A stretch of 37,957 bases of DNA from Lenisia limosa (Eukaryota; Protista; Breviatea): the NCBI GenBank assembly GCA_001655205.1, contig LPNZ01008725.1, positions 1 to 37,957 of the forward strand. Direction: 5' to 3'. Position numbers and translations under genes: made by a program. The notes under the pieces are model-generated. The model was not told where the DNA came from and did not search any database. It saw nothing but the letters and a program-made list of their open reading frames with translations. Below are positions 1 to 12,649 of the stretch, one piece after another (the stretch's first letter is position 1; every line of letters starts with the position of its first letter).

Positions 1-490
1 AGACTACTTATCTGGTTTGGATACTAATATAGTATTTTTGAGAATCACTTGAATCTTGAGACCATATAATTCCTTTCACGATAATAATCTCAAATACCTG
101 CTTTAACTCATATAGGACCTTCCCCCACCTCCTCCACCAATGTAGTTATTTTGGCTTGGTTTTTTGTGTCATAAGTTTGGGTTTTTTTCAATTATTTACA
201 TGTATTATATGAGGGACAATGTTGGGGGGGGGGGGGGGNNNNNNNNNNNNNNNNNNNNNNNNNNNNNNNNNNNNNNNNNNNNNNNNNNNNNNNNNNNNNN
301 NNNNNNNNNNNNNNNNNNNNNNNNNNNNNNNNNNNNNNNAAAATATCCTATGGGTCTGATCGTCACCAAAACAAGGGTACGGATCCCTCGCAAGTTGGCA
401 TTAACAATGACAACGCCAACAGAGCATTTCTAGTCCACCATAGAAGTCTGAACAGAATCAAACCAATTTATCAAAACAGAGGACACTTAT

Positions 491-3222
491 CTAAGCGCGG
501 TTGAAGCCTCTCTGTTTTCTCTTGTTTTCGCGCTCCTTCCGCTTCCGCTCTTGATCTGCAATGATTAAAGCATGAACCTTCAGTCAAATACTTGAGGGGA
601 AATAGAATAATCTTGATTTACTGGTAAAACAAAACTTTCAAGTCATTTTCGAACGTTTTACTGTAGGACATTAGACGATTAATCCTTTATGGCTGGTTCT
701 CACAGAAAAACAATCCATCTATCACACCCCTCATCTCTAATCATCCCCGTCCCACCCTCCTGTCGCTGCCGTCTCTTGGTTTCCCTCTCCTCAACTCGAG
801 GGTCAGCCACTTCGTCGAGGTCGTCCATCATGTCATCACCCCAACCGTCCTCAATGGTCTGACGAGTGGTGAGATGGATCAAATGGAGGATTGCAAAAAA
901 ACGGAGGCTCAACGTCACAATAATTTTGGTGTCATACTCGTATTACCACCATGAAAAAAACTAGTACAAATCTGTTTGAGTGGACAAGTGGGAATCACCA
1001 TTATAAACCCATCACAATTGGCTTCGATAAAAAAATTATAATGCATAACTTCAAGATTTGAACACTGATATCGTAAAAGTGAACCCCCCCCCCCCCAANN
1101 NNNNNNNNNNNNNNNNNNNNNNNNNNNNNNNNNNNNNNNNNNNNNNNNNNNNNNNNNNNNNNNNNNNNNNNNNNNNNNNNNNNNNNNTCGAGAGCAAGTT
1201 CATCGTCTTGGGTGGGAGTGGGGGTCTGGGTGGGTTCAGGAACAAACATGGGGATCTGAAATAGTGAGATGACGGGAATTATTAACTGTTCAACCAATAT
1301 AGTAATGAATAACAGCCTTGTTCTAGTACCATAAAACAATTTTGATACGAATGGAACACAACATCACTTCAATCCCAAAAAAAATATATATTTATATTTA
1401 TATCGATAAATGATATGTAGAACATACAGTAGCTTTTGTTCTTACAAGAGATTTTTTATATCATATGTATATGTATGATATATTATACATTTATCGAACT
1501 GAAGTATTGCTTGTTATTCCCAGGATAGAAGTGATACTATTTTCACTGGCCAATCACCTGTGGAGCTGGAGCGACGGGAGGGGTGAAAGTAGGGCGGGTT
1601 TGAGTAATAACTCTGGCTTTAGACTAAATCCGTGAACACCTTTAATACTGCTGATTCATTGAAAAAGTTCATAACATGAGAGTCATCAATGCAAGCAATG
1701 CAGAAATGCAAACTAAAAAGCGCCTTGCAACGTTTGGCATTATTTGATTATACGATCACAAATCGCAAGAAATACTGTAGGTGTAACTGACACTATCTAA
1801 CGATGTTTAGCTATCCGAAAGCAAAACGAATAATAATCCTTAGTGTACTATACAGCCATCCAACCACAGAAGGGGCCATATCAGCGAAGTAGTCGATGGC
1901 AGGCTCCAGTTCCTCAACAGGTGCCTGCACCGGAGGAGTGAAGGCCTTTGGTGGTGTAGCGGGTGATGCTGATGCCTCTTGATCCACGGGGGGCTGCTAG
2001 TAGGTCAGAATTTGCTGTTTGTTGGGGAATGAAGCTTGTGAAAAGATAGCTGCTTAAAAACCGCAGTAAGCACTATCATGTAACTGCAACTATTGGGATG
2101 TAGGCATATCGCAACCATTGCTAGAGAAGAGTTGCTGGATTAAAAAAAGTGCCACTGAACATAAATAGATATCATATGCAGATGTAAACAGGGGGTAATG
2201 GTAATTGATTGTTTAATGCAAAGGGGAACAGAAAGAACCAGGTATATTTGAGGTACACAAGCAAAATTTTTCCTGAAATGGTGAGCCACTTCTTGTAGAC
2301 CCCTACGCTATGATGATACATCCACCCAACTTGTGAAAGGGGGTAGGGGTTCTCCACAGGGGGTACAGGAGAATGGACAGTTTGTGGGGGCGGCGTGGGG
2401 TATGTGGTCTGTTGCTATGTAGTGTAAAAAAGCAATACTGCGTGCAATGCTCATATTTTTTTTGCCTTGGGATTAATTTGGAGTGTAATGATTATTTGAG
2501 GCACGCAGAAAGCTGTGTGCACAAAGTTATAAGGCAAATGATTGGGTGAATTGATATCCAATATCTCTAAAAGCGTGATAGTGTGGACGACTTCGGCCAG
2601 ATACAACCTTTTGTATTTATCATTGCTATACTATACGCTATACTCAACTGTTATACGAAGAGTATATTGGCACCCCCCCCCCCTCTCCATCCGAAGTAGA
2701 CTTGTATCATTATTTTGAACCTTTGAAAAGCCCAGGTTCAATCAAATAAATAGGCCCCTTCGTCTCCAGGGCAAACCAAAGAGAGAGGAACATACAACCT
2801 AGTATTCCATAAAGGGCTTCACTTCGGTTTGAAAAAAGACTGAGTTTCTCGATAAATCTTCGAGAATTTTCGATATTTTCCCGGTATTTTTAGAAGAGGT
2901 GAAGCCCTAATTCCAGATCCAGCCTTCTCACTTGGGGTACAGGCTGCTTTTGAACATAGCCACCATGGCCCATTTCAGCGTCAACCACCGGGGCGCGCGG
3001 CTCATCATCCTTACACAGACTCCATGGGTTGAGGAAACAACTCTGGGGTGGCAGTTAAAAGGTTGGAGTGAAGATATCATTCTCTATCCAAAAACAAAAA
3101 GAACCAATGAGAGTGAGGGTACCACATCAATTTTCGGCTTTATAAATATAATAAATGTGTAATATCGTGTGTAAGTTGTGTCTTCTAACAAAGGAGTAAG
3201 CACCTACCATGATCTTGTCCAT
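491..3222 (-). CDS. Spliced gene, EBAG9/RCAS1-like coiled-coil protein (about 7-8 exons, one assembly gap inside)
   Basis: Manual splice: MDKIM|SCFLNPWSLCKDDEPRAPVVDAEMG...VPQ|QQTTYPTPPP...LSQ|QPPVDQ...EELEPAIDYFADMAPSV (exon 1865-1996)|SKARVITQTRPTF...|IPMFVPEP...DDELALE[gap]TIEDGWGDDMMDDLDEVADPRVEERETKRRQRQE|DQERKRKERENKRKQRGFNRA* (TAG at 491-493). EPxxDYFxDMxP, then an acidic W-containing stretch, then a basic coiled-coil tail, matches my recollection of EBAG9 (EPDYFKDMTPTIRK). The family call is from memory, not a search. Confidence 0.55.
2491..2613 (+). repeat. Dispersed repeat family R1, copy 1 (intronic)
   Basis: GGCACGCAGAAAGCTGTGTGCAC...GGCAAATGATTGGGTGAATT...AAGCGTGAT...GTGGAC...GGCCAGATA aligns by eye at roughly 80% to 28598-28720 (+) and 29655-29750 (-). 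Confidence 0.85.
2812..2909. mobile_element. hAT-type MITE, 98 bp
   Basis: Inverted termini AGGGCTTCAC (2813-2822) and GTGAAGCCCT (2899-2908). The 8-bp flanks ATTCCATA (2804-2811) and ATTCCAGA (2910-2917) match 7/8, consistent with a hAT target-site duplication. A second partial copy lies at 36305-36380. Confidence 0.8.
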
Positions 3223-3594
3223 GGTGTCAGTGAAAATCAAGCCAGGTTTCCCAATATTAAGAAATACCCGTCTTAAAACGTATAACGTCTCTAAATATTA
3301 CAATAAAACCAGATGGTAAGGCAAAGGCAAGAGGAAATTTTCCAAAAAACAACATTCTTTAATAGCCGATATTTTTCGATTTTTTTCGAAATATAAAAGA
3401 AAAATTTGAAAAAAATCATTATTTAATGTAAGAATACTATAAATCTGTGTCAATACAAGTGTAATTTATAAATATTTGCGTTATTAAAGTTTAAAGTAAC
3501 AGGGAGGGATTCCTTTTGAATCTGAAGGGCTTCAAGGAGTTTATAGATCGCTGGAAGCACACATAGCCAATATCTTTTCAAAAAGGCCTGGAAT
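3223..3594. promoter_or_regulatory. Probable bidirectional promoter between the EBAG9-like and homeobox genes
   Basis: 372 bp AT-rich spacer between the divergent predicted ATGs (3222 on minus, 3595 on plus). This is positional inference only. Confidence 0.4.
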
Positions 3595-6500
3595 ATGCCG
3601 GCAGGTAAGAAGGGTGTTCAGTTTCAAAACTCAATCGTGGTTCTAAGTGGAATTTTCTGCAGACCGTAGCAAACATGCAGGTGTATTCATCAAAATAATT
3701 CATTTCGAAAATTTCCAAAGCCGTGCACACGTTATTCGACTGTGGATTGTTTTGACACAAAGCTACTCAGCTTTGGCCTCACTGCGACCATTTCTCTCAG
3801 ATTTGTTTTATATTTGTGTAATATTCACAAAATTTATCTTAACTTGGATATATTTGTTGTTTCCCTTTCTTCATCATATTAAACTGCTCTGTTGCCAAGA
3901 CGGCTCTTACCTGTCACAGCCACCAACCACGGTCAGAAGTTCAGTGAAGCGGTAGCGACTGCCCAATGGCCGGCACATCGCCACCAGACGCGTTTGGAGG
4001 TTTGGGGGTGAACATTGGATGTTGGAATTTTTTTTTTTTATTTCACAGAAACATTGCCATACCAATGATAGAGGATTGAAGATAATCTTGAAAATTTTGC
4101 GGGACTTTCAACATGGGATACACCTTTTTCACACCATAATGTAGTGTATTTCTGTCTTTGTGTAACAAATTATATTTTTCGCCCAAGGCCCACAAGAGTT
4201 GCAAAATGAAAATAATTGATGATGCTAATTTGTTATTGACTGAGATGCGCTGTGGTGATATCATGTGTTTAATTATTGGTTATTTATGGCTGGGCATTTA
4301 ATGATTTGAGCTTTACGCTGTGATCAACAATGAATATTAAGGACCTATTGTACATCATATCTGCGTAATACTTCAAACATTAACTTTCATTTTCGCTAAC
4401 TTCCCTTTAGAATGAGCCACCTAAGCCGGACCCGGGTACGGAGCTTGCGGCCAGTATCTTCTGCAAAGACCTCAAGGTGACTAATGAAAATGATACATTT
4501 GGAGATAAGGTCTAACATAGATTTCTCCTTTCATCCCCTCTTCTCATTGTTGATATTCAGTTTCGAATCACATAATTGTCCAACCGGTATATTGTTTCAA
4601 ATGAAGTACTTTACCACCACAGAAAGCCCGTGAGCTTAGTTCATCCGAAGTACTCACAGCCCACACTCCAAAAGCCCACAGACTAGTTTCCTCGCTTCAA
4701 AGGTCNNNNNNNNNNNNNNNNNNNNNNNNNNNNNNNNNNNNNNNNNNNNNNNNNNNNNNNNNNNNNNNNNNNNNNNNNNNNNNNNNNNNNNNNNNNNNNN
4801 NNNNNNNNNNNNNNNNNNNNNNNNNNNNNNNNNNNNNNNNNNNNNNNNNNNNNNNNNNNNNNNNNNNNNNNNNNNNNNNNNNNNNNNNNNNNNNNNNNNG
4901 TTATATTTTAGATGCCTAGAGAGTAGAGGTGTTCGTAAAATGACAGGTTAGTCCAAATTTTTAGAGATAAATTCGGGCTTATTCTCAATTCAGAACATCT
5001 TTCTGAAAGCAACTCTTACAGCTTCCAGTTACAAATCGAGGCACAAAGGCGCCTATGGACCATCATCATCTTCAAAGTGCCCTGAGTTCAATTGGAGGCT
5101 TCATTCCCCAGCTATGTATGTGGTGTTTTTCAAAATTGAAAACAACAAAATATCTGTAGTGTTGGATGACATCTTGGATAAAATTTCACCAGGTATTGTT
5201 GATTAAATAATTACAACTATCATCAAAAGAAAAAATACCCACAACAGTCCACTTGAAATGTGTTAGATGAGAAGCGATTGATAGGAAAAGTTGAAGAAAA
5301 TCTTTTACTCATTGACTCAGGTGACCGCCCTCCCCAAACGCTTCAAAGCGCATATCTAAGCCATTTACAAGCACTGGAGGTGAGCATACTTCATATCTTT
5401 TTTATTTTTTCAAATTTTTCTTAATTTAGTCGTATTATCGCTTCCAAATTGCCCTCATTAACCGCTACCAAGAAGCCATCGTAAACTGTGCGTTGGGATA
5501 TTATCTTAAAAGAGGTGTCATTGTTGTTGCCTTTAGCTTCGGGAGTGGCGGGAGGTATACTATTCATACATATATAGAAGTATATTTATAAACTGAAGGA
5601 AAACAAGAACATTATTTACCTTTTTAGTCTCTTCCGAGAGGCTTCTTCCAACTTTTCTCCTCTCTATCAAGGTGTGTGGGTAATATCTATAATTTCTCGG
5701 GTTGAATTCATCTCTTGACTCATCTTTGAACACTTAATTTTGATATTCATTTTATAACTGATGATAAAATTCACTCTTTGTTTACTCAACTTGACATTTT
5801 GAAGAGCAATAATAATAGCCCAGGAGGTGAAGCGATCTCTAGCAAAAGAAGTACGAGAAGTGGTCAATCATCTGCGAGTAGAGGTGAGTATTGGGTCTTT
5901 ATTGAGTAAGGAGGTGTAATATCTCACCAATGTATTGCGTCAATTTTCAAGCTATATTGCTAATCAGCACATTGGAGCATATTATTCCTGCCTTCACATT
6001 ACAGTATTTGAACTCCACCAACAGCAGACAAGGCAAGCTCTCTGACCATGCACAGAGAGTTTTACGCGCATGGTCTGAGGATATCTGTTCAATGGACTCA
6101 TTTTTCTATTTTTTTTTATCAAGTGATACACAGCATTCTTCAGTTTGTACACTAAAACGGACAATTTGGGATTTCCCGATAGTAAAATTCTGTTTTATAT
6201 GAGTCTATTATCAACAAGTTATAACTGCCCTCCCCCAGGTTCTTCTCAAATCTTCGAAAGCCATATCCTTCAGAAATGGAAAAGAAAGACCTCTGTCAAG
6301 AATGTTAGCGCTGTGACATTGTTTATTCTCAATGAATCTCAAAATTTTCTGTTTATTTTATGAGCAAAATTGGGCCTAATATTGCATTATTTTTCTAATC
6401 TATTGTTTTAAAATGCAACATTTACACTCCTTAGGTCGTATCACTCCTAGTCAACTGAATACGTGGTTTGGAAATAGTCGAATCAGATTCAAGGTTAGAA

Positions 6501-9500
6501 TTGGGGATTGTGTATTATGTCATGTTCTGCCAGAATGCAGTTAGTAACTTATGGACTTTTTTCTTGTTTTCGACTGTCTCAACTCTTTCATTTCAATGTA
6601 AAAAAAACTGTTTAATGATTTGTTCACTTCAATATTTGACAGTTTTCAGAGATCAATGGAGGAGGAGAATACTCGCCAGGAGAGGGCAAAAAAGTGGCAG
6701 GACATCGAACACAATGAAAGTAAGTACTCTTTCATCCTTCCAATCTTTGACCATGTTGTGTTCGCAAACACGTAGGGCTCCGTCTAATTAATTGAAATTT
6801 ATTTGAAACATTTGAAATGGGACATATTTTAATCAGAACCCCATTTCAGACACTTTAATTTCTAATTTTGTTTATTAATTCTTCAATATTAATTACACGA
6901 GTCCTACAAATATCCATTAATTCTCTAGTTGACCTCGATACATGCTCCACACCTGGCTCAACAGCCAGCTCCAATGCCGGGCGTAGGGTATGGCAAGTTG
7001 GAGGCGAACGTCGAGACGGCTTTGGTAGGTGTGGGCTCAAGCAGATAGGGAGGGTATTCTTGCATCTGGTACGGAATACAGATTCAGTTCCTTTACGTTA
7101 TATGGAATACCAAAGAACGATGTTCAAGGGGAAATTATTGCATTTTCTCAATCCTTCCCCTTTCTAAAACAATCATTTCCTCTTACAATATAGAAAGAGG
7201 AGGAGGAAGGAGAACAACCGCCCGTAAGCAACAGTGTTCATCAGATGACGATTACGACGACTATTACGTTAGCAGAGACAGTTTGTTTAATCATTTTGAT
7301 TCTATCTTTTCCCTGCCTCTTGTTGCTCCTTCAGCCAAGAGTATTTATATTTTTTATGTGTTTACAAGTTCTCTACACCTTCAGAATGGGCCCATAAAGG
7401 TGTTGTGTATGTGCCCACTCTCTATTATTATGAAGCTTGATGTAATAATATTCAACAGGAGGAGGTGCGCCCACGAGTGAAAAGAACCCGTCGAACTAAA
7501 TTCAACGCAGCACTTGCAGACATGCCTGTGCCAATTGCACCAAGTAGTGACCCTTTTAACCAGGGGACTGAACATGAGGGAATGGTGGGAGGTATTTTGG
7601 TCTGATAAGATAGACTAAGTGTTGTTTTTCTCTTTGTGTTGATTTACCCTTTAGGAGGTAGAAGAAGTTGAGCCTATCACAACATCTGAGCCTTTTCACT
7701 CACCTCCGCCGTCTGCTCGAAGTGCATTTACTTCTACCCAAATCGAGTAGGATGGGAGTGGATTGTTTTTTTTTTCTTATGTGTTTATTATGTTTGACAG
7801 TCATTATATTTACCTTGTTTCATATTTCAGGGAAGCCAAAACGCCTAAAATGCCTCATTCTCAATTCTTTAATGAAGCCCCTCCGGTATGACCAATACTT
7901 AAATTAAAGTACATTTAGTATTACACACACTTGTTTGACTCACTATACACAGAAGTTTTCTCCTGTTATTGAGACATACTTTGAAGAAACCGCAACACTA
8001 GGTGATGCTTTTGGTAAGGAGATTCTGAAAACATATTGAAGTACTTGATGCATTTAATTAACATGTAGGGTATTCTTATTATAATGTATCATATTAACTT
8101 TATAGATGAAACTTTTGACGATGGCTCACAAGACAAGTCCAAGTCCAGCACAGACCCCTTGGGGCTTGGAAACAACATGTCATCATTTGACCAATTTCCG
8201 TCTTTGGCTCACCTGGTGTCTGGTGATCGAGATGAAGCAGAGGTAAGCAATATATTTTATTTGTCCATTTTGATTATTAGTATCAATTTTGACTTAGATG
8301 GAAGGTTTCACTCGGATCAAAAAATTAACAATAGAAAAGCAATCTGAACAATTACTGAAATCATATATTTTTGTTATTTGAATATTCTCACAACACCAAC
8401 AGCCTAATTTAATTGACGGCGCTAGACAATATAAAAATATCCTCAGCATTCTCAATTGTCTGAATGTGAACCACGTCAAGGGGCCTGATTGGTTCGCAGT
8501 AGTCTCCTTTTAGTAACACGAGTAAAGCAGTATTATTTTTGCCACAGCGTGGATCTGATTGTAATCACCCATCATAACCGCATATTATACTGTGGTTGTT
8601 TGCGGCTAATCCTCAAATGATAACAATACATTAGGCCACTTTATATGAATTGTATATTTATGAACATCAATTTGATCTTACCATCAACTCTTAAAGTTCC
8701 TTCTTGAAAAGTAAACCTAAATGTTAGACTTTTTTTAGAAAACAGTAAAGGGGGACGAGCTACCGTCAATGTAGCCGAACCAGATGTCATGAAGACTTCC
8801 AGGTTCCTTACACTCTTTTTCAAAGAGATAACTGAAATGGATAAATTGATGACACCAAACTTCAAAACCAACAATTTTATTATGAACAGCCATGCCCGGT
8901 ATCAATCTGTGCGCGGACTTATACTGTAGATCCTAGCTACTAACATCAGCGCCGACCACCCTTTGGAGATCAATGGACAGCGACCTGGTTGGTCAAAATG
9001 GAATAAAATATATATATGTAACTTGACAATCTCAAAATATTAGGTGATATTTAGACTATTAAGGAATTGATAGCTTTATAATTATTTGATAAAGATCATA
9101 TGTAATGATCTGTGGAAATGAATCACTGTGACATGTATCATAGTATGTCTTCTATTTCCAATAGGTTCATGTTAACATTTTTTTCATTTCATATTTCAGA
9201 TGACCAGTTTTGGAAGAAGTCTGGTGATGACCCTCGTGCGGGCATTCCATCTCCTTCTGCTCCTTCTAATCCCTTTTCCCCCATGGTATGAGTTAAACTG
9301 CCATTTAAAAACAATGTTTTCATTGGTATTAATTTAGACTGATAGTATGCATTACCATGTCGATACGTATAATTTGCTCTTTAATATTGTTTTACAAAAT
9401 ATATTGTCAGTTTTTATTTTCATTCTTCTTTCAGGCCATTCCAAGGCAACCATCCCTGTTTGTCTCTCCTCCGCAGGTTTGCTGAATGATATTGGTTATT

Positions 9501-12453
9501 TTTGTTCTGTTATCTTATTCAAAGAAAAACTGGTTTCTTGAAAGGGAAATTTTTTTGTCGTCCAATTTTTGTGTGAACAATTTCAATATTAAATTTGAAA
9601 TGGTAATTTGTTTTCTTTATAACCACGTAGCCGCATATGCTTGGGACTGTCTTTACTCCAATTACCCAGCCACTTCCTCCAAAAATGTATGCTCTTGGTT
9701 CCTTTTTCTAGTAATCAGTGGATACAAAAAGCAAATACAGTGTTCCAGATAAATAGCTTTTCTTATTTATATAATTATCTGGAGCACTGTGTGATTTCGG
9801 TATTATTATGAATAGAGCACTCAATCCTTTTTGTAATGATATGCACTCGCTTTTAATACCCAACTTATAGGATGCGCCAGCGGTCTGCTGCAACGACTGC
9901 TCCTACACCAGATAATATCGGACCGCCAGGTTTGGATCTAGTCATAGTTATTATCCCAAAATAGATTTTCTTGAGCACCTCCCTACCATGAAGCTTATAA
10001 TTTGAATATGATAAACACAATTGTACCTTTAAGTACTTGTTTATTTTGGGATATACATGTATTTTACCCCTTATTTACGGTTAGGTACATCACCAACACC
10101 TTCTGTTGGAAGTCAACAAGCTCCTACTCCCGAAGGCCGTCCACCTTCTAGGTTAGATTCATAATATTTTTCAATTTATTTATTCCAACATATTACTTTA
10201 GAAATTGTTAGACAGTCATGTTGTTTCCTGTTTTATTTTGCAGCATGTCAGTCAATCACCCAGCGCAAAATATTACCAACCCGATAGTTGTGCAACTTGG
10301 TAATGAAACTCACGTCATCGGGTCACCAGTGAGGGGCGATAGAGCTGCATTTCATGATAACAATATGAAGTATTATGGTTTTGGATGGTTCTGCTTTTAG
10401 TCACATTTTAAAAATGCCCATTTATATTTGTAACTTTGAAGGAAAGGCCAAGAGGCAACTATGTGTTTAGCAACATGCCGCTTTCTTCCCTCCAGGAATG
10501 CAATATGGAAACACCGTCACCCCAAAGAAAAGTTGGTACATTTGAACGTATTTTGTTTTCATTGTGCAGTATCAGACACAATGTTATTTTTTCAATAAAT
10601 CTTTTTAGATAACCATGCCTGCTGCCCCTTCCATTTCGCTCCTGGTACAGAACGGGAAAGTAACATGCGCTTCTGGCACTATGGCAAGGCGTTTTGTCCC
10701 GACTCCTCCCACTGTCCCGAAGGATCGAGCTGATAACTGCAGTCCTGCAACCGTTTGTGGAGTCTGTACCTTATTCCGTTGTGTGTTTGCCAAGCTCTGT
10801 CTTACTTCGCTCTACAACTCAATTAAAAGAGCCCCTATCAGAATCAAATTAGACAGAAAATACAAAAATGAAACATTATATGTATGTTGTCAGAAGAGCT
10901 ATGATATAACTATCTTTCACTAAAAAAACATACTTTTTTAACTGTAACTGTATGACAATATGAAAAATTTTGGTAAATCTTTTTACTTCCATCCAGACAA
11001 TCACACTAAATAGCCAAGACACCGCCTGGTGGGGATCTGACAACGGAAGTGCAGACTCAAACCATACTCTGAATATTGAGGAAACTTGCAGGTAAGGAGA
11101 ACAGCGAATTTCTTTCAAATAATCAAATTTTTATGTTTGTCTTTTAAGGATTAACAATTTAGTATTGCTGATGTTGTCGCTCAGAGCAAAATTGCTGCTC
11201 AGGTTGGGTGGGGCTATCCTTTGATTTTATTACGATTATACCATTGAGAATCTTCTTAAAACATATAATTATATATTTTTGTATTTTCTATCTGATTTGA
11301 TGCCTTTCAGGTTCAAAACAGTCCCAGTTTTGGCGACTCTCAAGACACGACTAACTTTATTGAAACTAAAAAGGTATGCAGAACTTTCTGGCTTAATACA
11401 CATTTCATATTAGTCACTTTTGAGGCACTAACACTCAGGAAACACCACAACCGGACCCTGCAGCATCGGTCAATAACCTTTTCGATGTGAGCCTCACATT
11501 GGTTATTGTAGAGCATTCATCCAACGCACATTTTAGTTAATTTAGGTTTAGAATTGAAGGGCTTATAAACAACCCCCCCCCCCCNNNNNNNNNNNNNNNN
11601 NNNNNNNNNNNNNNNNNNNNNNNNNNNNNNNNNNNNNNNNNNNNNNNNNNNNNNNNNNNNNNNNNNNNNNNNNNNNNNNNNATATTTTCCTATCCGAAAG
11701 CATCCATGAACAAATCGCTTCAAAACATTTCGACGCACCTTTGTGGGTGGATTGGGCATTTATAAGAGACATTACATGCCGTGATATTATCCCATTTTGA
11801 TTATTTCCATATTGGCATCCATATAGAGGTTATGATAAGGTGTGCCGCTTCCTAGATTGTGTTACCATTTGAGAAACAAGTATTTCTTGATATTTTATTT
11901 TGTCGTTTGAATATGACATGGAAAATGTAACAGTGCCAAATGTCCGCTATTCTGATACCCCCAGGAACTTCATTCCCAATGGCTTTGGAAGCTCCAACAT
12001 CTTCAGATCTCTTGACGGAACACAACAAATGCATGATCCTTTTGGTATGACTCTGAATGTTCAAGACCATTCCTTGCCTTGCAAAAATTTCAAATAGGCA
12101 GGTTGATGATGCATCATCTCCAAAAACCTTCATCTATGGTTCTTAACCATCTTCTTACTCTCACACATCTAGGTTCATTTAGTGCACTTAACTCGATGGG
12201 AGGTTCCGCATGGCTCCCAGGTAACTCATACGGATTCCATGGACCTAACGGATCAGCCTGTGCTATAAGGTGGGTATCGTTGTCTTTTGTTCTTGATACG
12301 TCATTGTATTATGAAATTAGACCCATTCTTACAGTTAAAATATTGAAATTTGTCTGAAACAATCTTTTTGTATTTTTTTTACCAAATAGGAACACTTTCG
12401 ACTTGTTTAGCTCTGCTAACGCTGAAGCAATGAAGAACATGGGAATTCAATAA
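3595..12453 (+). CDS. Spliced gene, TALE-class homeodomain transcription factor, PBC/PBX-like, with a long S/P/acidic C-terminal tail (30+ short exons)
   Basis: Exons 6005-6072, 6239-6303 and 6435-6493 join in phase to SRQGKLSDHAQRVLRAWFFSNLRKPYPSEMEKKDLCQECRITPSQLNTWFGNSRIRFK (PYP loop, WFGN). The upstream exon 5807-5883 gives EVREVVNHLRVEYLN, similar to the end of PBC-B. The last exon ends ...AMKNMGIQ* (TAA 12451-12453). The start at 3595 (MPA|DRSKHA) and continuity across the gaps at 4706-4899 and 11585-11680 are less certain. Confidence 0.8.
6005..6493 (+). other. TALE homeodomain (3 exons), residue 50 = Gly
   Basis: LRAWFFSNLRKPYPSEMEK...QLNTWFGNSRIRFK. Phases 2/1/0 are consistent across the GT-AG introns. 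Confidence 0.92.
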
Positions 12454-12649
12454 TTATATTAACCCTGTGCGTTTATATGTGATAGGTGCGGGTATGGACA
12501 GAGGTTAGTAATATGTATATATTTAAATTATATGAGTAATTTGGGTTTTCTGAAAACTAACTAATCAACAATAAAGTAGAAAACAGGTGGTGGTGTCTCT
12601 CAGTTAAGAAGTTGTGCAAAACTTAACAAAAACATGATAATAAAACAGT

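Noticed and set aside
205-433. GIRTLVLVT, reminiscent of DEAD-box motif Ia
   Set aside because: Isolated next to a gap, with no other helicase motif or supporting exon.
700-918. ORF resembling a PIF/Harbinger transposase tail (AILH..., IRDE...W)
   Set aside because: The central part is better explained as a GT-AG bounded exon of the EBAG9-like gene, splicing in phase to the final exon. The transposase-like words fall in the flanking introns.
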